Position numbers and translations under genes: made by a program
Shown here: positions 26,560 to 39,589 of the stretch, in pieces
How positions within the stretch are numbered: position 1 is the first letter of the stretch
Layout: each line of letters begins with the position of its first letter
Origin: Glaucostegus cemiculus
Taxonomy: Eukaryota
DNA: 64,000 bases
Assembly (NCBI GenBank): GCA_976551045.1
Contig: CDPCPM010000012.1
Location: 6,696,001 to 6,760,000 of the forward strand
Direction of reading: 5' to 3'
Notes under the pieces: model-generated
The model's database searches: none
What the model was told of the DNA's origin: nothing
What the model saw: the letters and a program-made list of their open reading frames with translations, nothing else

Positions 26560-27170
26560 TAGACATAGAGGTCTGAAGGAGCGGAACCTCAGGAATGTGA
26601 AATTTGGGCAGAAAGGAGAGCTAAGTTATTAATGCGGCATCTTCCTGGGATGAGGTAAGAGAGCAGCTCAGCTGATGTTGTATACCAAAGAAATCAGGAA
26701 TGTGTTGTGTTATATAGAGTCAAGGACTGTGATGAAACTGTATGGTGGTGATTGGGAAAGCAATACCTCCAGAAATGTCTTTGCAATAAGGCTGGGTGGA
26801 ATTAACAAAGAAAATAAGTTTAGAGACATAAAGACATCTGTGGAATTCTATGACTCGATCCAAGAATATCTTGAGCATGCTTTGAGAGTTACAGTGCTGA
26901 CGGGCTGTCTCAGGACTGCATATGAATCTACTTGGCTGCTGGTCAACAAATGAAGCAGATGTTGCACTATGATAGGAACAGAATATGAAGGCAGGAAGTG
27001 CCCAAACAGAAATCCCTGCAGAGGCCATCGCAATGTTAAAAAAGAGACCTGCAAAGTTAAGCCACAAGATGGTCAGAGAATTAGATGGGGATGAGGTGAA
27101 CCAGAGAGAAAGATATTCTGAAAATGGATTCAGTGAAAACTGTCCATTATGAGTAGATTAAGGCAAAGGA
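26560..27170 (+). mobile_element. possible Gypsy integrase C-terminal remnant
   Basis: Ordered degenerate motifs across frameshifts: INAA...AQLMLYTKEIR (SPAxLMxGRxLR-like), QMKQMLHYDRNR, KL.TRWS, VKTVHYE.IK (VHxxRLK-like). Spacing is not ideal. Confidence 0.3.
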
Positions 27171-27221
27171 ATCATTTGGACTGTGACTTGGCCACCTCAG
27201 TATAATAGCACTATTTGCAAA

Positions 27222-29672
27222 ATTGGTAAATTGGTTTATTATTGTCACATGTACTGAAGTACAATGAAAAACTTGTCTTACATATCGTTCCTACAGATCA
27301 ATTCATACAACAATACATTGAGGTAGTATAAGGTATAACAATAACAGAATTCAGAATAAAGTGTCACAGCTACAGAGAAGTGCAGTGTACGTAGACAATA
27401 AGGTATAACGAGGTAGATAGTGAGGTCAAGAGTCCATCTTATCATACTAGGGAACCATTTAATAATCTTATGACAGTGGGATATAAGCTGTCCTTGAACA
27501 TGGTGGTATGTGATTTCAGGCTTTTGTATCTTCTGCCTGATGGGAGGGGAGAGAAGAGAGAATATCTGGGGTGGGTGACTGCTTTAATTATGTTGGCTGC
27601 TTTATTGACACAGAGAGAAGTATAGCCAGCAGCCATGGAGGGGAGGCTAGTTTCTGTGATATGCTGAGTTGTATCCACAACTCTCTGCAGTTTCTTGTAG
27701 TCATGGGCAGAGCAGTTGCCATACCAAGCCTTGATGCATCCCGATAGGATGCTTTCTATGGTCCATTGATAAAAATTGGCGAGGGTCAAAGGGGACATGC
27801 CAAATTTCTTTAGCCTCCTGGGTAAGTAGAGACACTAGTGAGCTTTCTTGGCTATGTGGTTGGACCAGGACAGGCCATTGTTGATGTTCACTCCTAGGAA
27901 CTTGAAGATCTCAATCCTCTAGACCTCAGCAATGTTGATGTAAACAGGAACTTGTGCACCACTCCCCTTCCTGAAGTCAATGACCAGCTGTTTTGATTTG
28001 CTGACATTGAGGGAAATGTTGTTGTCATGACACCATGTCACTAGGCTTTCTATCTCCTTCCTGTACTCCGACTCAATGTTATTTGAGATATGGCCCACTA
28101 TGGTGGTATCATTTGCAAACCTGTAGATAGAGTTAGAGCAGAATCTCGCCACACAGTCATAAGTATATAGGGAGTAGAGTAGAGGGCTGAGGACGCAGCC
28201 TTGTGGGGCACCAGTGTTGAGAATAATCATGGCAGAGGAGTTGTTTCCTATCCTTACTAATTGTGGTCTGTTGGCCAGGAAATCATGGGTCCAGTTGCAG
28301 AGGGAGGTGTTGAGTCCCAGGTATTGGTGTTGGGTGATGAGTTTTCTTGAAATTGAAGCCAGAACTGTAGTCAATAAACAATAGTCTAACGTGGGTGTCC
28401 TTACTGTCCAGGTGCTCCAGAAATGAGTGTAGGGCCAGGAAGATGGTGTCCACCATAGACCTGTGTCAGCAGTAGGCAAATTGTAGTGGGTCAAGTTATC
28501 TGGGAGGCTGGATTTAATGTGTGCCATGTCCAGCCTCTCAAAGCACTTCACACTGGTGGATGTCAGAGCCATCCACCTTGTTTTTCATGGATACAGGGAT
28601 GATAGTGGTCTTCTTAAAGCAGGTGCGAACCTCAGATTGAAGCAGGCAGAGGTTAAAAATGTCTGTAAAAACACCTGTCAGCTAAACCATGAAGGCTCTA
28701 AGGACACAGCCAGGGACACCACCCAGGCCAACTACTTTCTATGAGTTCACTCTCCAGAACACTGACCTTACGTCTACAATGGTGACCGTGGGTTCAAGTT
28801 CATTGGAGGCTGTCAGGGTGGGTGGTGACATTCCACTCCCCTTCTGTTCAAAACTTGCATAGAAATGCCTTAAGCTCATTGGGGAGGGATATGCTGTTGT
28901 TGGCAATGCTGCCTGACTTTGTTTTGTAGCCCGTTACAGCATGTAAGCCCTGCCACAACTGATGGTTGGTCTGAGACTCAATTTTCGACTGGTATTGTCT
29001 CCTGGTATCCCTGATAGCTTTCCAGATGTCACATCTCGATTTCTTGTATAGGTCAGGGTCACCTGATTTGAACACTGCAGTCCTAGACTTCAGTAGGGAG
29101 TGGATCTCCTGATTCATCCATGGTTTCCAGTTTGGGAACACCCAGATTATCCTCTTTGGTACACAGTCCTCAACACACTTGATGATAAAGTCCGTGATGG
29201 TGGTGGCATTCTCATCTAACCAGGCTGCTGAGTCCTTAGATGTGAACCAGTCTATCAACTCAAGGCAGTCCCGTAGTAGCTCATCTATTTCCTCAGACCA
29301 GCACTGTATGACTTTCTGTACTGGATCCCCACATTTCAGTTTCTGGTTGTATGTAGGGAGAAGGAACACAGCCTGGTGGTCTGATTTATCGAAGTGTGGG
29401 TGGGGAATCACTCAGTAAGCATCTTTGCTGGTTGTGTACCGATGGTTAAGGGTGTTTGGGCCCCTGGTGGGACAGGAGACATGCTGGTAGTATTTTGGCA
29501 ACACACTCTTGAAGTTGGCCTGGTTGATGTTACTGGCAATGATGAAGAGGGCCTCAGGATATCCTGTTTCAAGGCTGTTGATCACAGAGTATCATTCATT
29601 GAGTGAAGGCTTCATATCCTCCTAGGGTGGGATGTAGACTGCCGTCAGGATATCTGAAGTGAACTCCCGTTC
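27222..29672 (-). mobile_element. Rex1/Babar LINE, 5'-truncated within the endonuclease, relatively young
   Basis: REFTSDILTAVYIPP at the 5' end; ORF 28848..29411 (PHFDKSDHQAVFLLPTY); ORF 27919..28572 (ALTSTSVKCFERL, GAPQGCVLSPLLYSLYT, FANDTT); ORF 27442..27798 (LPSGRRYKS); 3' UTR with AATAAA and ccaa-type tail. Frameshifted. Confidence 0.92.
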
Positions 29673-31221
29673 AACTGATACCAGGTAGGTCAGTGGAAGA
29701 GTAGGTAAATTGTTTGAACAGTATGAGTGAGCCAGTTCACAGAAAAGTCGGGACAACAGTTAAGTCATTACAAAAATCTACTAACAAGGTGATTAGTATT
29801 GAAGGGAGGTAATAGCAACTAAATCTAGCACAGGCAGTTCTGATGGAGATAACGAGACTGCATGAGTTCTGGGGAAATCTCAGACTCTTGATGCAGAGTT
29901 GCTGAATGGCCTGAACACAGCCCAGAGTGAGAGGGCTTCATTGCAATGTGGTAGCTATTCAAAAGCTCTGAAGATCTAAAGCAGGATATTGTGGAGGTAT
30001 GGACCTACTATTATCTACCCAACCCAGTGAAAGCAAGACAAATTGGAAGCACAGTGCAGTGATTGTCTTGGATATAATCGACAAAAGGAGAGTCAGATGA
30101 GATGATTTTGTGACTTCTAAATGGGCAATGTGAAAGAGGAAATGTTCTGTGCCTACTGAGATTTAGAGTGCAAGTCAGGTGTGAGATACCATAAAAGTGG
30201 AGTCACAAGATGGAGAATTTATAAAGCAATCAAAGTAGTTGTGACTGGGTTCAAAATACAATTTGTAATTATAACAACTACAAGTATTAATAAGATGAAG
30301 CCTGTTTTAAGTGAACAGTTTGAATTTCACCGGTGATACTAGGAAGAATGTGATCGAGAATATGAAATAAATTGTATTCACAGTTATCAAGACAATCATG
30401 TTGAAGCAACAATACACAAAAAAACATGAGACACATTGTATATAATGGCCATCTGGAGAACTGGGCCACTGTCATTATCAGTGTCTGGAATGAATATTTC
30501 GGTGATATCAAATTCAGCTTGTAGTGAGGAACTCAGTAAACAAAAAGGGCAATTGATTGCTTGGATTTGTAGATTCAGCCAACTATAATGTATATTCCTA
30601 TAAATAGTTAACTGATCTTATAGTTTAATGCATGTAAATAGTTGATGGTTTGTATGGCTTTATTGCTGTATTTAAATGGGTGCAATGTAGTGCTGATAGA
30701 AGACCCCTTCCATAACTTCTTTTAGCATAGGGTGGCTGTAGGGTAATCACACAATCCATTGTAGAAGACAAATCTGAATCCAATTCCAAAGATATAGCAA
30801 GACTGGAGATTCATCCACCATTGTAACCTTCATCCATTATTGTAGCCATTGAGTTGACTGCCTGCTTTGTTGCTGGGGTCTTAGAGTCACATTGCTATTT
30901 TTCTGATATCTCCCCTTTGACATCAACATAGCTAACCTTACCAGGAGTGAAGAACTCTGGGTAGCATTGCACTCAGACTAACTGCAACATTGTAAGTTTC
31001 TACCACATCAAAGTGATGACCCACAATGTGGTCTTTATAAGTGTAAATGTACCTTTAAGGAATGAATGTACCATATGACTTCTGACACATCAGGCACTGC
31101 ATTTCACTGCCTTCAATTAAAGATTCACTGTTGATAGCTTTACATTGGTTATTTTCCTTTGCAGGCAGCAACACCAGAGAGGCTACAGGCACTGCAATCT
31201 GTATAACAGCACATCTGAAAG

Positions 31222-31310
31222 AAAGAAAAATGTGAAGTTATATAGCATCTTTCATGACAATTTCAGAATGTCCCAAAGCATTTTACAGGTAATGAAGTGC
31301 TTATGCAGGA
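31222..31310 (-). mobile_element. SacSINE1/L2-type 3' tail
   Basis: ttatatagcatctttcatgacaatttcagaatgtcccaaagcattttacaggtaatgaagtgctt is the reverse of the SacSINE1 tail. Confidence 0.6.
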
Positions 31311-31369
31311 GAAAATCAATGAAACTCTCTGTAAGCCAAGCTAACCATGTTCATAATATGCTCCCCAGA

Positions 31370-31530
31370 CACATGGAAATCAGAAGAGAGCTTCCTTCAT
31401 AATTGAACTTAATACTTCTGTGGCAGCACTATGATCATTCACAAGAGATGCTTTGGCTGGCTTCAGAACCTCTGCCGAAGATGTTTGTGGGACCATTACA
31501 CACCTGATGATAGAATGCAGTGTTGCATGT
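31370..31530 (+). mobile_element. possible Tx1/L1 ORF2 C-terminal remnant
   Basis: HSQEMLWLAS.PLP then (frameshift) CGTITHLMIECSVA, resembling HQDLAWL..R.ALP and the ETxxHLLxEC zinc knuckle. Confidence 0.3.
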
Positions 31531-32129
31531 CTCTTTAAACACAACATAGGTGCAGTAGTTGATTTCACTGTATTTTTACAGGATACTGTTTGATACAGTC
31601 TACAAATACCCTATGAAGGTTATCTACTTAGAAGGTAACTTTTTAAGCTGTGAAGTGCATCTTTAGGCCAGGGCTATTGCCACTGGTGTACTCTTGTAGG
31701 TGCCAGCAAACTCTGGGATTTAGGACACGGTTGAGATCGCCAGGAACACTGCTTTCAAGTTTCAGCACAGCATCTCCCTTCTCCAACCATCTGTCCACTT
31801 AGCTTTTTTTCCTCTCATCTTCAATCATTTTATAATAAATAAAAATACGCTGAAAAAATGTAAGATTATTTTATGCTGGCTGGAATCAATTCCCTTGAAT
31901 ATCCATATCCTGTGCCTAGCTATACATCATTGAATCATGTAGACCTACATGCCATTTTAAGGTATATTAACTACATGTATTCTTTCTGCTGAATTTATTA
32001 ACGTCTGGAGTAAATTATAACTCGGCACTGTGAGCCCTCATGTCTCTCTACTCCCAAAAACAAATGTCCCCTTATCCACTTAAAATGAAGTGGCTGTACA
32101 CCAAGAGTAGTACATTGGTTTATTAGAAA

Positions 32130-32235
32130 ACACACTGTCCAAGGCTGAACTATGGAGAACAAGAATATCTCAAGTTTGACTGAGATAGCTGATCAACCAA
32201 AAGAGGAGAGTCAGAGGTATTTCATTTGAACATAA
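32130..32235 (+). mobile_element. ancient tRNA-derived SINE fragment (LF-SINE-like family)
   Basis: ctgaactatggagaacaagaatatctcaagtttgactgagatagctgatc resembles the copies at 40.7 and 41.6 kb. Family name is from memory. Confidence 0.3.
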
Positions 32236-32320
32236 GGGGGATAATTCAAACTTCAGTGCTAGTGCAAAGCAGGAGACAGTAATTCAGCAGTATTCTGCAC
32301 CCTCCCATTTGCTCTCAGCC
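32236..32320. mobile_element. possible terminus of a non-autonomous DNA transposon (Harbinger-type MITE)
   Basis: gggggataattcaaacttcagtgctagtgcaaagcaggagacagtaattcagcag resembles a recalled elasmobranch MITE end; the opposite TIR was not found. Confidence 0.3.
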
Positions 32321-34209
32321 CCTACAGTGTAGCAGGTGGGAACAATTAGCCATGGTTCACACAACTAATTGCTAATCAGTGACTCCTATCAGATGCTGGT
32401 TCTGACCTGCTCACTGGCAGCAGTCATTTTTGGATTTGCTCAAGAAGGTGAGGGTGATGGGATGGGGCTAATGTGTAATTTGTTAATATTATAAGAAGAA
32501 AGTAATCAGATGTTTGGTATTTGCATTTTGAAAATCTACTTTTTGAGCAATGTTGGCTATGGTTATTTTATTTGTTTAAATCCTTCTTGAACCTGGTTCT
32601 TTTTAAGAGAATGACAATTGCCACTTTATTTTTAATTATGTACTATAAAGACCTCATGAGAACAGGATAAGTATATCTGTAAACTTTATGAGGGGTGTAC
32701 AATGAGTCTTTGATGATTGGATTTATCACAGATCTTCAGAGTTCCTGGGGTGAAACATGTCACAGTATCCCTGTCCTGAATCACTTCCTCCTTTTAATGA
32801 TGGGAGGTTCTTTTACTTGAGCAGAAGATTTTAGTTTAAACCCATATGGTACAATAATTAGATTGTGAGATTGAATTCTTGCCAATGTCAATGCTAATCC
32901 TTATTTTGTTTTGTCCAAATTAGCTGGTAGACTGTTATATATTTGGAGGTAGGAATTGGCAGATTATTTGTAAATTGGATGCACATTTCAATTTAGCTGC
33001 TTCTCTCAGAATGTGAAGCTTTCACAGATGAAGAATTCATTGTTCCACATTATTGTTACTAACTGTATAATTTAGGATTTATGTGATTATTTCTAGCTAC
33101 TTTATCCACAATAATTCTACAATAATGGAAACCTTTTGAACTCTATTTAAATAATCAGTTACTTAAAAAATATATCTGGGTAATTAGTGATTTGAAGAGT
33201 TTAATACTTTGGACAAGGTGCCTCATTGTTTCCCTTGAAAGTAAAGCTTGCTCTTTTCAGACTATAGATTGGTCTTCTGTATTTACAGCATTTTGCAATT
33301 ATCTAAATACTTCAGGGGGAAAGAAAACTAAAAACAAAGTTTTTTTAAACAATAAGACCAGGGCAATGTAAAAATGTTTGACAATTATTTGGTGTGCCCA
33401 ACTGTTATCAGCAGAGGAAGGCTGAGCTACATGATATGTACCATGAGATAGGCTGGGTCCACTAGAATATTCCATGAAACTAAAATAAACCACCAAAGCG
33501 CACATCCTCCCTTCAAGAAGATAATTACTTAGCGGATGGCTTTTGATTGAAAGCCCTCTGTTGTGTAAGTTTGTCTGTTTACATTTTTGTCTCCCAACCT
33601 CTCTCACATTTTTTCATCCATTTCTTTCTCCCCCACTCTTTACTAGTAACTGCACAAGTCGGAAAGCAACACAGAACAATGAATTTAACTGCACAGTAAC
33701 CAAGCCTGTATGATAGAGATGGGGTTTACATGTAATGCAATGAATTTAAATTAGGTAATGAACAAACTCTACTGCTGCATGTGGAGTCACTGAAGTCTAG
33801 GCTTCACTTTTTGAATGAATATTCAGATCAACGCCTATTGCCACTGTATTGGAAAATGCTTTGATCTTTGGTCAGTATGAGGGGAAGCAGGAAAGGGAGA
33901 TATTATGTGACACAGTGAGAGAAGCATTTAAAATTCAGATCACAGACATCTTAACAAATGTCAGACATTTGGAAATGGGATGCTCTACAAGAAAGAATCA
34001 ACAGGCTGCAAAAGATAGGGAGGTATAAAGAGCAGGAGTGTTTCTGGCCTTATTGTATGATCATATACAAAATAATTTTTTGATTATGTTCAATAAAGTA
34101 CAACATTCAGAGAAGAACCTGTTTTACCTGCTTCACTATGCAAAGTAGTTTTAGTTAACCTAAGTACTTCCTGCCTTAACTACTGTTCTATATACCACGG
34201 TTGACTGGA

Positions 34210-34437
34210 ATAAGTAAATTCTTTTTCAATCTTTTTATTAAATTTCAAATTAATATACATAGCAATAGTAACTATACACATGGTGCAAAGAGATCGGGAT
34301 TGCAATAATAACAGTTGACATATACACTCACAGGGAGTAAAATATATAATCTGAACCTCCCAATCCCTTACTAAGTGAACATGATACAAAAGATTTTGAA
34401 AAGAAATTTAATTATATGAAAAATATAAGTAAATTCT
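34210..34437 (-). mobile_element. 5'-truncated L1-clade LINE 3' UTR with 13-bp TSD
   Basis: Perfect direct repeat ATAAGTAAATTCT at 34210-34222 and 34425-34437. Minus-strand AATAAA (34239-34234) is followed by an A-rich tail (aagattgaaaaa). Confidence 0.8.
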
Positions 34438-35374
34438 ATAGTTTCATTAGTAACTAAAGTGAAAGATGTATGGGTGACTTAAGTTTCCAGCCCAGCAATC
34501 CAATTGTTACAGCCTTGGGAAATATTACTGTAGCAGGTGTAGAGCAGGATGAGCCTGAGGAGTAAGGTGGCCATAGCACTTAAGGGAGCACTTTAAGTGA
34601 TTCCTAAGTAAACCTGAGAATATATCTTCAGCAACCCTGAATTCATAGCAAGTATATTTGGTGATATGCAATAATTGCCAACCATTGGCAGTGCCAGCAC
34701 TCTGTTGCGTTGGCTGCAGTGGTCCTTGTTACAGATGGCAAGGCTTGGCAATCAGCTACCTGATGAACATGGATTAAGCTCAAGCAGTGATCCCTTATCA
34801 CTGGTGGCTCGATGTGCCAAGGTATGCATTTATGGTATGATGCTTCTCAGTTACTGCTTTCCTTGGCATACCTTCCTGCATCTTGAAATGCATTTGCTTT
34901 TTTTGAAAAGCAAGCTTAACTTGAGCACCCTTTTATCTTGCAGATATTTTTCTCGTAATATTAGTGAAAAGACAACATGTATGGAAAAGATCGAATAAAA
35001 ACAATGCTATAAGAAAACAGCATGGTCACATTGCAAAGTATGGTAATTTAAGTATTGCTTCATCCACAGGGCTCCTCTAATTCCCAATTCAGATATGTGC
35101 TCAATTCACAAATTATGGAGAATTATGGCAAGTTATTATTTGACTATCTGAAGCTTGAAGCAGGCTTAAACACATGGTGAGGAATTCTAATATACCCTAA
35201 AGCACTTCAGACATCAGTGGAAGATGCAAGTGGTTATACATTTTCATAGTTGGAAAATATCTTGCCAAGACTTTCTTTCCTGAGGCCAAACAAGCAAATT
35301 TTCCAAGTGATAGAAATGAACCAGAAATGGTCTTTATCATGCCTCACTCCTCAGGAGTATCAATGTCTTTTCAT

Positions 35375-35590
35375 GAGACCATAAGAAATAAGAGCAGAGG
35401 TAGATCATTCAGCCCCTTAAACCTGCTCCACCGATCAATAGGATCATGGTGGATTCATCATTCCTGCACTCCAATTTTCACTCTGTTTCCAATAATCTTT
35501 ACTAATTAGAAATCTACCTGCCTCAGCTGTAAATATCCCCAAGGATTCCACCACTATCGCACTCTCTGGCAAGGGGTTCCAAACTCCCAC
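35375..35590 (-). mobile_element. CR1 3' fragment
   Basis: ataagaaataagagcagaggtagatcattcagcccc...acctgctccacc...gcactctctggcaaggggttccaaactc. Confidence 0.8.
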
Positions 35591-35789
35591 ATTTCAGCAC
35601 TTTGCAACTGGACAAATGCCATGGAGTTGAACTTCCAAACAAAAATGAGCAAAGACCCCAAGTATATTTAATGCCGGGGACCAAAGAGTTATGGGAGGGG
35701 GAAGGGGAAACACCGGAAGGAGCAGCACACCAAATTCTATAATCTCCTGAAGGAATAGTGTGTGAGTGTTCCAGTATTGTTCAAGCATA

Positions 35790-36760
35790 TGAAGATACAA
35801 ATCAGTAGCAGGAGTCAGCCACTTAGCTCCTCTGACCTTCTCCATAATTCAGCAAAGTCATGGCCACGTTGATGGTGATAAGCTCTACTTTGTATTTCTG
35901 TCAACCAAACTAAACTGTCACCCCTTATCGAGTGTTGCCCTAAAAGTACTCAAAGACTCTGCTTCCACCACACTTTGAGAAAGACTCACGACACTCTGAA
36001 AGAAAAAAATGCACTTTATCTCTGTCCTAAATGAGTGACCCCTTTCTTTGTAGACAGTGAACTGATTTTCCCATGAGAGTAAATATCCTCAACATGACAA
36101 TCCTGCCAAGACTTCTTAAGATCTAATGTATTTCAATTAAGCCCCCTCTCACTCTTAACTGCAGTGGATGCAATCCTTATCTGGTCAATTCTTCCTCCTG
36201 AGATAACCTGCCCAAGCCAGGTATTAATCTAATCAAGCTTTTCTGACCCTCTTCCAACATCATTATTAACTCTTTTTCATAAATATCTATGGAAGTTCTT
36301 ACTATGAGTTTTTATATTTCTGCCTAGCTTTATTTCATATTCTAATATTTGTGTCCTTATTAATCTTTTAGCCATTCATTGCAGATTTTTAGATTCTGTC
36401 CAGTCTTCTGATCTGTCATCATATAATGTGTAAATATGCTTTTCGTTTTAAGTTTGGTACTACCTTTCACTGTTTTAGTTAAGCTTGAATGGTGGGCACT
36501 CTCACTGGAATTTTTCTTTCTTGTTGGAATGTATTTATTCGGTATATTCTGAAAGATCCCCTTAAATGTCTGCCACTGCATGTCCACTGACTGATCCCTT
36601 AATGTAATTCTTGCAGTTTGTTCCTCCAGCTACCTCTGCTTTCATACTCTTATTACTGCCTTAAGTTTAAAATTCTAGTCTTGGCCCTATTCTTCTCTTC
36701 TTCAAACTTAATGTAACATTCGATGATACTGTCATCATTGCAGTCTAGGGTTGCATTCAT
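35790..36760 (-). mobile_element. CR1 pieces: 3' end (35790-36260) joined to the endonuclease-RT linker (36260-36760)
   Basis: ORF 36360..36587 QWQTFKGIFQN...YIPTRKKN; DDSIIECYIKFEEEK..KTRILNL (CR1 SDHNMIEF.I.FE motif) at the left end of ORF 36653..36910; the RT core is missing at the ~36260 junction. Confidence 0.8.
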
Positions 36761-36764
36761 TATG

Positions 36765-38714
36765 ATGTCATTAATTGCACAATAGACTATCCCATCATTA
36801 TCACATTGCTGTTTGGGGAGCTTATTGATTGGACATTGATTTCTCACATTACGACATTTACAATACTTCTGAAACACATCATTGTCATGTTTGGGGTATC
36901 CAGTGGTCAAGAAAGATGCTGCATGAATGCAAGTTTTTCATTTTAATTTTAAAATCTGAATGTTGTAAATTTTGGTCCTCATCTGTTATGTGGACCGTTG
37001 GAGAAAATTGTTTTTCTAAAGAATGTTGTGCCACTTCAAGAGTTGTAAACCTTTTTAGTACTCCACTGATAACTAATTTAGGACAAGTAAGATTGTAGCA
37101 ATCAAAAGGAGCCTTTAGTAATTTTAAAAAATGCACATTGCATAACCAGTTCTGCTGAATAGTCAGGGCATGAGATCTTTCCCTTTTCCCAAAGGCAATT
37201 TCTTTTTTCCAAGCTGCTGAATTCTCTAACTTTAAAGTGAAGTGGTTTAAATATTGATGGTCTGAAGCAGTTTCTAAATCTTGGTTGTCGCCTTCCAGTA
37301 TGGTGAGCAAACTCAGTTGTTTTGCAGTTAGTATTTCTACTGGCAGCATAGTATCCTGATGATATTTTTTTCTTAATGAAATGTATTTTGTATTCCATTT
37401 TGTTGAATATCCGGCAGCACAACAAGTTGTACATTAATTCATTGGGAAATCTTTCTTGGATTCTGAAAAAATGCCATTGATATTATCGCGTAGATACTTA
37501 AAACACGTGTCTGAAATTCCCATCTCTATTCTTGTTGTCTATAATTGATTTAAAGAAAATGGTTTAGTGATAAAATACTAGATGCAGGAATTTTGGGCTA
37601 AGATTTACTGGACATTCCTGAGCTTTGATCCCAAGTTTCAATTTCAAGACCTGGACCTTCATTTCTAATTAAATTTAGGTTTAATCTTACCTAATTCTGG
37701 TCTTATTATATTTTCTTTTATCTCATGTCCTCTGGATTTCTTGATTATCCTGCAATATCAAGGAAGATCTTCCACTGCTTCAGACGTTTACTATTGATAG
37801 TTTGCATTTTATTTCTGGAGTTTAGAGTTATCAGTTTAGTAGGATAAAAGTAGTTTCTTGCTTGACAGTTCTGTAATGTAGTAATTCTTTCCAAGGCTGC
37901 GAAATATTTTTCCAAGTCATTCATTTAAGATATAGTGAGTAGCAACACAGAATTCAATATGTGAAGTGGGGAAAACAGGATAGGTTCTCTGATAAATACA
38001 CGCCTGGAATGACAGAACATGTTGGTAACATTTCTTCCTATAGGTTATTGATGTCTTTTGACTTGGTTAAACCTCTAAAATTCCTCTACCCTGGCTGCTA
38101 ATTGACTGGTAGCACTCAATTTTCAAATGTTTCACCTGAACAATTCTGCCACAGCATATCTAAATGATTCTCCACCCATTTTTGAAATTATCATCTTTCT
38201 CCAAACTTAGTGATTTTTAAAGGGTATTAATAGATAGTTATTGCTTAGGGCAGCACAGTGACACAGCTAGTGCTTCACTGCATCAGAGATCCAAGTTCAA
38301 TCCTGACTTTGGGTGCTGTCTGCGTGGGGTTTGCGCATTCTCCCTGCGACCATGTGGGTTTCCTCCAAGTGCTCTGGTTTCTTCCCACATCCCAAAGGTG
38401 TCCAAGTTGGAAGGTTAATTAGCCATTGTAAATGATATCTAGTGTGCAGGTGCGTGTTAGAATCTGTGGGAAGGTTGTGTGAATGTGAGGAGAATAAAAA
38501 ATGGGATTAATGTAGGATTAGGGTAAACGGCTGGTTGTTGGTCAGCACGGACTCGGTGGGCTGAAGGGCCTGTTTCTCTGCTGTACCACTCTAATAAAAA
38601 TTCAGCAAAACAGTATATAGTCATGAATACCTTAAAGTAATTGGAAACTTGTTCCTGGTTTACAGGGTCTCCATACCTAGTTGGCAGAAAATAAAAGAAT
38701 ATGGGAATGTAGAG
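36765..38714 (-). pseudogene. decayed non-TE coding sequence; candidate endogenous viral element resembling the C-terminal half of a bunyavirus L polymerase
   Basis: Chain of minus-strand reading frames: LYIPIFFYFLPTRY...CFAEFLL /SINE/ SNNYLLIPFKNH*VWRKMIISKMGGESFRYAVAELFR*NI*KLSATSQLAARV; SITYRKKCYQHVL; 59-aa ORF 37745..37924; ORFs 37102..37434, 36885..37349 and the first part of 36653..36910. No introns; A-rich sense strand. The viral assignment is by recalled motif pattern only. Confidence 0.45.
38247..38593 (+). mobile_element. HE1-type V-SINE, full length
   Basis: tRNA head gggcagcacagtg...gttcaatcc; V-domain ctgcgtggggtttgcgcattctccctgcgaccatgtgggtttcctcc...ggtttcttcccacatcccaaag; CR1/HER1-type tail gggctgaagggcctgtttctctgctgta. 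Confidence 0.92.
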
Positions 38715-39589
38715 AAAGTGTTAAAATTAATTACTAAGCAAGTGGTAGCAGCTTTTAGAAAATGATAGAATTAGGCAGAGTCAATGTGGATTTCTGAAAA
38801 TAAGCTTATTGAAAGATCTGTTAGAATTTTTTGATGTTGTAACCACCAGAATAGACAAGAAGAAGCCAGTGGTGGTGGTATATTATAAACTTCCAGAATA
38901 CCTTCAGTAAGGTGCCATACAAGAGATTATTTAATAAAGTGAGAGCACATAGGAGTGGGAATATTATAGTGGCACACGTTGAAGGTTGGTCACTGGACAG
39001 AAAACAGTAGGAATAAGTAGTTCATTTTTGACTTGGGGTTGGATCGGCAATCGGTAGTGGTGTCCCAACTGTTCACTATATATACCAAAGATTTTAATGG
39101 CGGGACCAAGTGTAATATACCAAAGTTTGTTGATAATACTAAGCTGGGTAGCTGTGTGAGTTGTGAGTTGGCTGCAAAGAGGTTTCATGGGGATATGGAC
39201 AGGCTAACTGAATGGGCAAGGACATGGCAGGTAAAATATGATGTGAAAAATGTGAGATCTTCCACTTTGGTAGTTAAAATAGAGAAGTGGTGTACAGCCA
39301 GTAACCCAATAACCAATGCTCTTATGTGTTTTTTTAATAGCAAATGATTGAAAGTGTTGTATTTCCGAGGACCTGGGTGTAGCGCAAACTTTAACAGAAG
39401 ATCAGAGGGGAAGTTACAATTATAGTTGAGAACAGTGAGATGAAATTTTTTCCACATTCAAACTAAAATGTCCCAGCCACTTGGGCACAGCAGTCAAGGA
39501 GGGTGACTTGGTCATTCAGCAGAAACCACAAGTCATTAGATCTTCAGCAAATTGACCACCAAGACAATTGTATTTTAATTTATTTTTCT

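Noticed and set aside
27442-29411. Novel protein-coding gene from three long minus-strand ORFs
   Set aside because: These are frameshifted pieces of a Rex1/Babar endonuclease-RT ORF.
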